Shown here one piece after another: positions 30,108 through 38,013 of a stretch of 64,000 nt of DNA; the stretch's first letter is position 1; every line of letters starts with the position of its first letter. This DNA comes from an uncultured Chloroflexia bacterium (GTDB lineage Bacteria > Chloroflexota > Limnocylindria > Limnocylindrales > CSP1-4). The stretch lies in assembly GCA_963746845.1 (NCBI GenBank), contig CAVVCZ010000004.1, positions 800,001 to 864,000 on the forward strand, written 5' to 3'. The position numbers and the translations under genes are program-made. The notes under the pieces are model-generated. The model was not told the DNA's origin. It did no database searches and saw only the letters and a program-made list of their open reading frames with translations.

Positions 30108-30984
30108 TCACGGCTTCGAGGGGCGCCTCCGTCGCGAGCTCCACGCCTCCCTGGACTCCGCGGTCGGCCCGCACCCCTGGTGGACCGATTCGCCGGCCGC
30201 GTGGCGGATCCGCGACGAGGGCGACGCGGGTGCCGCCGCGGCCGCGCGACGCCTGCCGCGCTCGACCCTCCTGATCGCCGCGGCCGTGACCGCGGTCGCG
30301 CTCACGGGCGTGCTGGTGGTGGGGGGATCTCTCCGCCCCCTGAGCGCCACGCCGCCCCCGAGCGTCATGCCGGCGGTCGTCGCGTCCGTTGCGTCACCCT
30401 CGGCGTCCCCGTCGGCGGAGGTCGCGGTCGCGGAACCATCGACGCCCTCGGCACGCCCTGCATCCGAGGAGCCGTGCCTCACCACCTGGACGCATCACGG
30501 GACCTACCCGGCAGGCGGACTCCAGGACGGCAGCTTCCTGTGGCGCCTCGAGGGGGATGGGGGCCAGCTGCACATGGAGTTCCTGAACTCGATCGACACG
30601 GTGAAGGAGATCAGCATCGTCCCCGTGGACCCGCCGCTCCGGGACAGTGCTGGACGGGCGGTCCACGCCGACGGCACTGCGTTCTTCAAGCTGGTGATCG
30701 ATGGACTCACGCGGGCGACCGAGATCACGAGGGACGACATGAAGCCGAACGACGTGCTGAACGGCCCGGGTTCCACCATCGTCGGGCACCCGATCGCCGA
30801 GGTGCGCCGGCTCTACAAGCCGAAGCAGGTCGTGGGGACCCCGACCCAGCACGAGATCTGGCTCATCGGGGTGGACTTCCCGGCCTGCCTCTCGGTCCGG
30901 ACATCCCCAACCGGGTTGTACGAGGTGCCGCAGCCGGGTGACAACGTCGTCACCGTGTCGTTCTCGCCGATCGCCCGACCCTGA
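30097..30984 (+). CDS. probable anti-sigma factor (single TM, extracellular C-domain)
   Basis: Overlaps ECF end, GGAGG SD, TM helix, Pro/Ser linker, beta-rich C-terminus. Confidence 0.65.
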   Translation: MAVDHGFEGRLRRELHASLDSAVGPHPWWTDSPAAWRIRDEGDAGAAAAARRLPRSTLLIAAAVTAVALTGVLVVGGSLRPLSATPPPSVMPAVVASVASPSASPSAEVAVAEPSTPSARPASEEPCLTTWTHHGTYPAGGLQDGSFLWRLEGDGGQLHMEFLNSIDTVKEISIVPVDPPLRDSAGRAVHADGTAFFKLVIDGLTRATEITRDDMKPNDVLNGPGSTIVGHPIAEVRRLYKPKQVVGTPTQHEIWLIGVDFPACLSVRTSPTGLYEVPQPGDNVVTVSFSPIARP

Positions 30985-30987
30985 CCC

Positions 30988-31398
30988 TCAGGTCGATCGC
31001 TCCATCCAACGGTCCGGAGCGGCCAGAGACCGGAACCCGTGGCGCTCGTACAGCCCGTGGGCGTCACGGGTCGACAGGATCATCCGCTTGAGGCCGTGCA
31101 GACGCGGGTCCGCCACGATCGCCGCCATCAGGGCGTCGCCGATGCCCTGGCCCCGTTCAGCCTCGTCGACGAACACGTCGCAGATCCAGGCGAACGTCGC
31201 CTGGTCGGTCACCACCCGGGCGAACCCGACCTGACGATCGCCGCGATAGGCCCCGAAGCCGAGCGAGTTCTCGATCGAGCGGTCGATGAGGTCCGGCGAG
31301 CGACCGACGGCCCAGTAGGCGCGCTCGGACAGGGCCGCGTGGAGCCAGTCCATGTCGAGGTCGGCCGGGTCCGTGCCGATCCGGACGTCGCCCGTCAT
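30988..31398 (-). CDS. GNAT family N-acetyltransferase
   Basis: QVGFARVVTD, DVFV...RGQGIG, TRDAHGLYERHGF. Confidence 0.9.
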   Translation of the reverse strand: MTGDVRIGTDPADLDMDWLHAALSERAYWAVGRSPDLIDRSIENSLGFGAYRGDRQVGFARVVTDQATFAWICDVFVDEAERGQGIGDALMAAIVADPRLHGLKRMILSTRDAHGLYERHGFRSLAAPDRWMERST

Positions 31399-31614
31399 CG
31401 CGTGCGCCTCCGATTTCGATCAATTGACAGCGCAGACGACCTTATCCAATGCACTCGACCCATGTCCGGTCCGATCCGTGGCCCCGTGACTCGTCACGCG
31501 GCAGGTGGACACGGATTCGCCCGACCTGGGCGTCCGGCGAGTCGCTCACCTGGATCAGGCTCGCGTGGCCGTCGTTTGGCGAGGAGTCCGGATGGGCGAG
31601 CGCCCGGAATCGAA

Positions 31615-31639
31615 GAGCCGCCGGCGGTGCCGGCGGCTC
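31615..31639 (-). terminator. GC-rich hairpin downstream of pnp
   Basis: GAGCCGCCGGC-ggt-GCCGGCGGCTC perfect 11-bp inverted repeat, followed by UUCGAUU on the mRNA. Confidence 0.6.
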
Positions 31640-31661
31640 GGGTGCGGGAAACGAACGGGGA

Positions 31662-34253
31662 TCAGCTGCCGACCGGCTCCTTCGCCAGGTGCCGCTGCAT
31701 CGCCGCCTTGCGGGACAGGTTGACCCGGCCCTGGCGGTCGATCTCCATGACGACGACCATCACCTCGTCGCCGACGGACACGACGTCCTCGACGGTCGGC
31801 ACGTGGTAGTCGGCCAGCTCGCCGATCCGGACGAGGCCTTCCTTGCCCGGCAGGATCTCGACGAAGGCGCCGAAGCCCATGATCCGGGTGACCTTGCCCA
31901 GGTAGAGCGCCCCGACCTCGACCTCGCGGGTCAGGCTCTCGATCCACTGGATCGCCTTCCGAGCGTTCTCGCCGGACACGGCCGCGATCTCCACGGAGCC
32001 GTCGTCCTCGACGTTGATCTCGGTCTGGGTCTCCTCCTGGATCTTGCGGATCATCGAACCACCCTTGCCGATGATCTCGCGGATCTTCTCGGGGTTGATC
32101 TTGATCGTGGTGATGCGCGGCGCGAAGTCGCTCATCTGGCCACGGGACTCGGGCATGACCTCGACCATCTTGTCGAGGATCTGGAGGCGTGCGTCGAGGG
32201 CCTGCTTCAGGCCGTCGCGGATGATCGCCTCGTTGATGCCCTGGACCTTGATGTCCATCTGGAGGGCGGTGATCCCGTCGCGGGTCCCGGTGACCTTGAA
32301 GTCCATGTCACCGACCGAGTCCTCCTTGCCGAGGATGTCGGTCAGGACGACGAACCGGCCGTCGGGCTCGCTGATCAGGCCCATTGCCGCGCCGGCGACC
32401 GGAGCCGTGATCGGGACGCCCGCGTCCATGAGGGCGAGCGTCGAGCCGCACGTCGAGGCCATCGAGGTCGAGCCGTTCGAGGACATGCACTCCGACACGA
32501 GCCGGATGACGTACGGGAACTCGTCATGGGGCGGGAGCACCGGAATCAGCGCCCGCTCGGCGAGGTTGCCGTGGCCGATGTCCCGGCGGCTCGGGCCGCG
32601 CATGGGCTTGTTCTCGCCCGTGGAATAGGGCGGGAAGTTGTAGTGGTGGATGTACTGCTTCTCGGTCTTCGGGCTGATCGTGTCGATCCGCTGGACGTCC
32701 GAGGACGAGCCCAGCGTCGCGATCGTCATGACCTGCGTCTCGCCGCGGGTGAAGAGGCCGGAGCCGTGGGCGCGCGGCAGCAGGCCGACCTCGACCGAGA
32801 TCGGGCGGAGCTCCGTCGTCCCGCGTCCGTCCATCCGGATCCCCTCGTCGAGGGCCAGGGCGCGACACGTCTTCTTGAAGACGAGGTTGTAGAGGCTCTT
32901 GCTGACGCGGGCCTTGCGGCGCGCGGCATCGAGCTTCGTCTTCGCCTCGTCCTTGGAGGTCCGGTTGGCCCGGACGGAGTCGGCGATGTCGTTCTTCAGC
33001 GTCGCGATCCGGCCCGGCAGGTCGTTCGCGAACCAGATCAGCAGGTTGGCGGTCGCCTCGGCGTCCGGCAGCGCGCGGTGGTTCTGGGTCAGGTCGACCC
33101 CGAAGAACGCCGCGAGCGTGTCGAGCTTGTAGTTCTGGAGGTCCGGATAGCCCTCGCGGGCGATCGTCAGCGTGTCCAGGAACCGGCCCGCATCGTAGTG
33201 CGCGGCGCTCCCGCCCGCCTCCTCGAGGAAGCCGAGGTCGAACGTGACGCTGTGGCCGACGACGAGCGCGTCACCGATGAAGTCGACGGCCTGCCTGGCC
33301 GCCTCCGCCGGCGACGGCGCCTTCGCGACGTCCTTGTCGGTGATGCCGTGCATCTGGTTGCCGAGGATCGGCTGCGACGGCTTGACGAACGTCGACCAGC
33401 GGTCGGTGATCTTGCCGCCCTTGACCTTGACGACGCCGATCTCGAGGAGATCCGACATCTTCGGGTCCGTGCCGGTCGTCTCGACGTCGACGATCGCGAA
33501 CTCGCGCTTGGCGTCGACGGCGGCGACGAAGTCGAGGACCGAGCCCGTGCCCGGCTCGAGCGACGGCGTGAGCTTGGGCTTGCCGACGGCCTCGCGGAGC
33601 TGCTCCTGGATGTCGATGAGCGGCTGGAGCGCGCGGTGGCCGAACAGGATCGCCTCGGCCATGACGTCCTCGGGCAGGAGCTTGGCGCCCGCCTCGACCA
33701 TCATGATCGCGTCGCGCGTGCCGGAGACGATCAGGTCGAGCTCGGACTCCTCGACCTCGCTGTAGGTCGGGTTGACGACGAACTCGCCGTTGATCCGGCC
33801 GATCCGCACGGCGCCCACGGGCCCGGCGAAGGGGATCTCGCTGATCGACAGCGCGGCCGACGCGGCGACGGTCCCGATCACGTCGGGCTCGTTCTCCTGG
33901 TCGGTCGAGAGGACCGTGATGACCAGCTGGATGTCGTCCTTGTACCCCTCGGGGAACAGCGGCCGGATCGGGCGGTCGGTCAGCCGGGCGGCGAGCGTCG
34001 CGGCCTCGGAGGCGCGCGCCTCGCGCTTGATGAAGCCGCCCGGGATCTTGCCCGCGGCGTACATCCGCTCCTCGAACTCGACCGTGAGCGGGAAGAAGTC
34101 GAGGCCCGGGCGCGGGTCGGACCGGTTGGCCGTCCCGAGGACCAGGGTGTCGCCGTAGCGGACGGTGACCGCGCCGCCGGCGAGTCGGGCGAGCTTGCCC
34201 GTCTCGATGGTCAGGGTGCGACCACCGATCTGTGTCTCGAATGTCTGAGACAA
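31662..34253 (-). CDS. pnp: polyribonucleotide nucleotidyltransferase with inserted DEDDh exonuclease domain
   Basis: RNase PH1, DEDDh insert (aa ~251-412), PH2 (TRGETQ, RRDIGHG, SNGST, EDSVGDMDFK), KH (IIGKGG), S1; follows rpsO; TTG start with AGGAGG. Confidence 0.95.
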   Translation of the reverse strand: MSQTFETQIGGRTLTIETGKLARLAGGAVTVRYGDTLVLGTANRSDPRPGLDFFPLTVEFEERMYAAGKIPGGFIKREARASEAATLAARLTDRPIRPLFPEGYKDDIQLVITVLSTDQENEPDVIGTVAASAALSISEIPFAGPVGAVRIGRINGEFVVNPTYSEVEESELDLIVSGTRDAIMMVEAGAKLLPEDVMAEAILFGHRALQPLIDIQEQLREAVGKPKLTPSLEPGTGSVLDFVAAVDAKREFAIVDVETTGTDPKMSDLLEIGVVKVKGGKITDRWSTFVKPSQPILGNQMHGITDKDVAKAPSPAEAARQAVDFIGDALVVGHSVTFDLGFLEEAGGSAAHYDAGRFLDTLTIAREGYPDLQNYKLDTLAAFFGVDLTQNHRALPDAEATANLLIWFANDLPGRIATLKNDIADSVRANRTSKDEAKTKLDAARRKARVSKSLYNLVFKKTCRALALDEGIRMDGRGTTELRPISVEVGLLPRAHGSGLFTRGETQVMTIATLGSSSDVQRIDTISPKTEKQYIHHYNFPPYSTGENKPMRGPSRRDIGHGNLAERALIPVLPPHDEFPYVIRLVSECMSSNGSTSMASTCGSTLALMDAGVPITAPVAGAAMGLISEPDGRFVVLTDILGKEDSVGDMDFKVTGTRDGITALQMDIKVQGINEAIIRDGLKQALDARLQILDKMVEVMPESRGQMSDFAPRITTIKINPEKIREIIGKGGSMIRKIQEETQTEINVEDDGSVEIAAVSGENARKAIQWIESLTREVEVGALYLGKVTRIMGFGAFVEILPGKEGLVRIGELADYHVPTVEDVVSVGDEVMVVVMEIDRQGRVNLSRKAAMQRHLAKEPVGS

Positions 34254-34261
34254 GGGAATGT

Positions 34262-34286
34262 TCCTCCTTCGGTCGTCGAAGGAGGA
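34262..34286 (-). promoter_or_regulatory. hairpin sequestering pnp Shine-Dalgarno
   Basis: mRNA UCCUCCUUCG-acgac-CGAAGGAGGA, perfect 10 bp. Confidence 0.65.
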
Positions 34287-34333
34287 CCTGTGGCGCGCCG
34301 GCTAGCGCGACCAATTCGGCGTCTGACGCGACG

Positions 34334-34356
34334 GGGCCCCGGAATGACCGGGGCCC
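34334..34356 (-). terminator. hairpin after rpsO (terminator or processing site)
   Basis: GGGCCCCGG-aatga-CCGGGGCCC 9-bp stem; no strong U-tract. Confidence 0.45.
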
Positions 34357-34369
34357 ACGGCGGCGGAAC

Positions 34370-34639
34370 CTAGCGGCGGAGTCCGAGCCGTCCGATGACG
34401 GCGCGGTAGCGCGTGTTGTCCTTCTTGATCAGATACGCAAGAAGACGACGGCGCTGGCCGACGAGCTTGAGGAGGCCGCGTCGCGAATGGTTGTCCTTGG
34501 GAAAGCTCCGGAGATGCTCGGTCAGCCCCTTGATCCGCTCCGTCAGGAGCGCGATCTGGACCTCCGGCGAACCGGTGTCACCGTCCTTGGTGGCGTACCC
34601 GGTGATGATCTCCTGCTTTGCTTCCCGCGCGAGCGGCAC
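34370..34639 (-). CDS. rpsO: 30S ribosomal protein S15
   Basis: [23 protein letters not shown]. Confidence 0.98.
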   Translation of the reverse strand: MPLAREAKQEIITGYATKDGDTGSPEVQIALLTERIKGLTEHLRSFPKDNHSRRGLLKLVGQRRRLLAYLIKKDNTRYRAVIGRLGLRR

Positions 34640-34751
34640 TCGGTCCTCCGAACACGACTGTTTGACTGATCTGTCCTTCTATGACCGGCGGATGGTAGCA
34701 GCACGGTCCGGTGACCGGCAAATGGGCGCGTGCCGTCCTGGGCGGCGTGGA

Positions 34752-35498
34752 CTACTCCGGCGCGCCACCGAATGTGAGGCGGACCGGGCCCTCGGTCGAT
34801 CCCGCCGGCAGCCGGACGCCGTCCGCGCCGACCTCGAGACGAGACGGGGACGTCTCATACGAGCCGGCGGGCGGGAGCGCGACCGGCATCGGGAAGGACA
34901 GGCGGCCGCCTCCGTCGACGACGCCCGTGACGGCATACGGCCGGCCGAGCAGGCGCTCTGCGGCCGCCATGTCCCCGGCTGCGATCGCGGCGCGGATGTC
35001 GGACGAGCGGACCTCGCGCCCGTCGAGCGAGAACGGCGGCACCACGACGACCTCGAACCCGTCGGTCCGGCCGAGCGAGGCGAGCGTCTCCGGCGTGCCG
35101 CCGCGGTCATGTCCGAACGCCGCGTCCGGCGTCATCACGAAGCCCGCGAGCCGGCAGCGATCCTCGATCCCGCGCACGAACGCGTCATACGGCGTGAGCC
35201 TGAGGTCCTCGTCGAAGTGCTCGATCACGACGACCTCCACGCCGAGCGCGGCCAGCCGCTCGAGCCGCTCGGTCGGATCCATCAGGAGCGGCGGCGCATG
35301 GCCGAGCAGCACCGCGTCCGGGTGGGCATCGAAGGTGATCACCGCGGGACGGGCGCCGCGCCCTCGGGCCTCCCGGACCAGGTGGTCGACGAGCCAGGCG
35401 TGGCCCCGATGGAGCCCGTCGAAGACGCCGACCGCGACAAGGAGCGAGCCGTCGTCCGCCGAGAGCTCGCGCCGGCCGTGGACCGTGCGGACGGTCAC
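34752..35498 (-). CDS. ribF: FAD synthetase (RibF N-terminal FMN adenylyltransferase; kinase domain degenerate)
   Basis: GVFDGLHRGH, TFDAHP, SSDIR, LLGRPY; only ~60 aa follow, lacking PTAN. Confidence 0.8.
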   Translation of the reverse strand: MTVRTVHGRRELSADDGSLLVAVGVFDGLHRGHAWLVDHLVREARGRGARPAVITFDAHPDAVLLGHAPPLLMDPTERLERLAALGVEVVVIEHFDEDLRLTPYDAFVRGIEDRCRLAGFVMTPDAAFGHDRGGTPETLASLGRTDGFEVVVVPPFSLDGREVRSSDIRAAIAAGDMAAAERLLGRPYAVTGVVDGGGRLSFPMPVALPPAGSYETSPSRLEVGADGVRLPAGSTEGPVRLTFGGAPE

Positions 35499-35499
35499 G

Positions 35500-36418
35500 T
35501 CAGGACGCCTCGCCGGCGTCGATCAGCACCTTGTCGGGGGCCAGCTTCGTCCCGTCCAGCCGCGCGATCGCGAGCAGCCGGCCGGACCCGTCAACGAGAC
35601 GGATCGGGTCGTCCGGCGCCAGGGTCCCCACGCCCGCCGGGACCCCGATCGGCTGGCCGCGCCCGATCGCCACCACCGCCGCGTCCGGGACCGTGACGGT
35701 GGGAAGGTCCAGTCCGGCATCGATCGGCCGAAGCAGGGCCTCGACCGCCTCCGGGCCATCGGCTGCCGCCACGCGTACGGCGTCGAGATCCGTCGCCTCG
35801 GCGAGCTCGAACGGCCCGCTCGCCGTTCGCACGAGCGCCCCGAGGTACGCGGCGCTGCCGACCGCCTCCCCGAGATCGCGTGCGAGCGAGCGGACATACG
35901 TGCCGGCGGAGCACGTGACGTCGACGATCGCGACCGGCTCGCCGGGCGTCGTCTCGTCCCAGCTCACGAGGTCCAGGGCGTCGATCGTCACCGCGCGTGG
36001 AGCCAGCTCGACCGCCTGACCGGCCCGGGCCAGCGCGTACGCGCGCCGACCGGCCACCTTGATCGCGCTGTACGCCGGCGGACGCTGCTCGATCGGCCCG
36101 CGGAACCGCGCGAACGCCGTCTCGACGGTCTCGCGCGCGGGCGACGGGCCGGTGACGGGCGTCAGCGCCCCCTCGAGATCGTCGGTGGTCGACGAGGCCC
36201 CGAAGCAGACCGTCGCGCGGTAGCGCTTGCGGTCGCCGAGGTGGTACTCGACGAGGCGGGTCGCCTTGCCGAGGAACACCGGTAGGACTCCGCTCGCGAA
36301 CGGATCCAGCGTTCCGCCATGACCGACCCGCTTCGTCGCGCTCAGGCGCCGGACGAGGCCCGACGACGTCGTGGGACGTCGGGCCGACGGGCTTGGCGAC
36401 GACGAGGATGCCGTCCAT
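35500..36418 (-). CDS. truB: tRNA pseudouridine(55) synthase with apparent +1 frameshift at ~36359-36361
   Basis: MDGILVVAKPVGPTSHDVV in one frame continues as GLVRRLSATKRVGHGGTLDPFASGVL in another; PPAYSAIK, CSAGTYVRS. Confidence 0.9.
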
Positions 36419-36435
36419 GGACGCGGGGCGGACGC

Positions 36436-37452
36436 TCAGCGGCGGACCGCGGCGACGAGCCGCTCCGCCTCTGCGAGCACGACGCGGCGGGCCTCCTCGA
36501 TCGGGAGCACGAGCGTCGCACCCGAGGCGCGGGCGTGGCCGCCGCCGCCGAACAGCCCGGTCAGGACGGTGGCGTCCACCCCACCCGGCTTCGTCCTCAC
36601 GCTCAGCCGGGTCCCGTCACCCGCCTCCTTGAACAGGATCGCGACCTCGGCGTCGTCAGACTGGGCGAGGAGGTCGATGATCCCCTCCGAGTGGGGCGCG
36701 ATCGCCCCGGTCGCGGCGAGGTCGGCGTCGAGCAGGGTCGAGTGGATGATCCGCCCGCCGGCCGCCGTCTCGAGGCGGTCCAGGACCCGCCCGAACAGCC
36801 GGAGCTGCGCGTCCGGCTTGGACCGGTAGAGCAGGCGCGAGATCTCCGCCAGCGGCGCGCCTGCCTCGACGAGCGCCGCGGACACGGCGAGCGTCCGTGG
36901 CGTCGCGTTCGGGTGGGCGAAGGTCGCGGTGTCCATGACGATGCCGGCCATCAGCTCCTCTGCCAGGGCACCGCCGTCCAGGTCGAGCGGCGTGTCGAGC
37001 CGGGCGGCGAGGAGCGTGACCATCTCGCACGTCGCGGCGCTTCCGGGCTCGATCCAGTCGGCGTCGCCGGTCGAGCCGTTCGAGGCGTGGTGGTCGATGA
37101 CGACCCGCGGGAGCCGGGCGAACAGCTCCGGGTGACGCGTCGCCACCGACCCGACACGGTCGAGCGACCCGCAGTCGCTGACGACGAGCAGGTCGTAGTC
37201 GATCGACGGTTCCGGGTCCGTCCGGGCACGGCTCGCACCCGGCAGGAAGTCATACAGCGGCGGCACCGGATCCGCGAACACGGCCGTCGCCATGCCGCCG
37301 CCGCGCTCGACCAGCCGGCAGATCGCGAGCGTCGCGCCGAGCGTGTCCGCGTCCGGGTTCTCGTGGCCCACGGCGAGCACCCGTCGGGCGGCCGTCAGCC
37401 GCTCGACGACGACGGCCGGGACCGTCCCGAGCCAGGGCGAGAGGTCGATCAA
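36436..37452 (-). CDS. DHH/DHHA1 phosphoesterase (NrnA-like nanoRNase/pAp phosphatase)
   Basis: HENPDAD, DCG, IDHH, GGGGHARASG; rbfA-truB context. Confidence 0.9.
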   Translation of the reverse strand: MIDLSPWLGTVPAVVVERLTAARRVLAVGHENPDADTLGATLAICRLVERGGGMATAVFADPVPPLYDFLPGASRARTDPEPSIDYDLLVVSDCGSLDRVGSVATRHPELFARLPRVVIDHHASNGSTGDADWIEPGSAATCEMVTLLAARLDTPLDLDGGALAEELMAGIVMDTATFAHPNATPRTLAVSAALVEAGAPLAEISRLLYRSKPDAQLRLFGRVLDRLETAAGGRIIHSTLLDADLAATGAIAPHSEGIIDLLAQSDDAEVAILFKEAGDGTRLSVRTKPGGVDATVLTGLFGGGGHARASGATLVLPIEEARRVVLAEAERLVAAVRR

Positions 37453-37985
37453 CGGCGTCGGCGGGTCGTGTCGGCGCCGCGCGCCTTCCGGGGCGCCGCG
37501 CGACGGGCCTGTTCGACCCGCGCCTGGCGAGCCGCTTCGTCCGCGGCCGCGCCGCCGTAGCCCGCGGCCCGTGCAAGCTCGTCGGCCGTGAGCGCCCGCG
37601 GGGTCGGCAAGGTCTCGCCGTCGGGCACGTCGCCGTCGGGCGCATGGCCGGCCTCGAGCTCGTCGAGCAGATGCAGGATCCGGGTTCCGCGCTCGACGGA
37701 CTCGTCGAGCTCGAGATGGAACTGGGGAATCCGCTTCAACCGCAGCCGCTTGCCCAGCTCGTGCCGAACGAAGGGCATCTTCCGGCCCATGGCCACGATC
37801 GTCGCGTGCCGATCGGCGGACGGGCCGATCACGCTGACCAGCACCTTCGCGTGGCGCAGGTCCGGCGTCGTCTCGACGTCGGTGATCGTGGCGAACCCGA
37901 TCTGGGGGTCGTCGACCTCACGAGCCAGGATCTCGCCGATCTCCTGTCGGAACAGCTCGTCGATCCGGTCCGTCCGCTGGGTCAC
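37449..37985 (-). CDS. rbfA: ribosome-binding factor A
   Basis: DPQIGFATITDVETTPDLRHAKV, RLKRIPQFH; GTG at 37985. Confidence 0.93.
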   Translation of the reverse strand: MTQRTDRIDELFRQEIGEILAREVDDPQIGFATITDVETTPDLRHAKVLVSVIGPSADRHATIVAMGRKMPFVRHELGKRLRLKRIPQFHLELDESVERGTRILHLLDELEAGHAPDGDVPDGETLPTPRALTADELARAAGYGGAAADEAARQARVEQARRAAPRKARGADTTRRRR

Positions 37986-38013
37986 GGGGTCTCCGTACGA
38001 CGCGTGCACCGCC

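Noticed and set aside
31424-31450. TTGACA as a plus-strand sigma70 promoter
   Set aside because: No -10 hexamer at 16-18 nt spacing and no supported downstream plus-strand gene.
33018-33503. pnp insert as an intein or mobile homing element
   Set aside because: No Cys/Ser start block, no HN-C/S/T end, no LAGLIDADG or HNH motif; it is a plain DEDDh fold.
36340-36380. Programmed ribosomal frameshift in truB
   Set aside because: No slippery heptamer or stimulatory element; a 3-G run fits an indel better.
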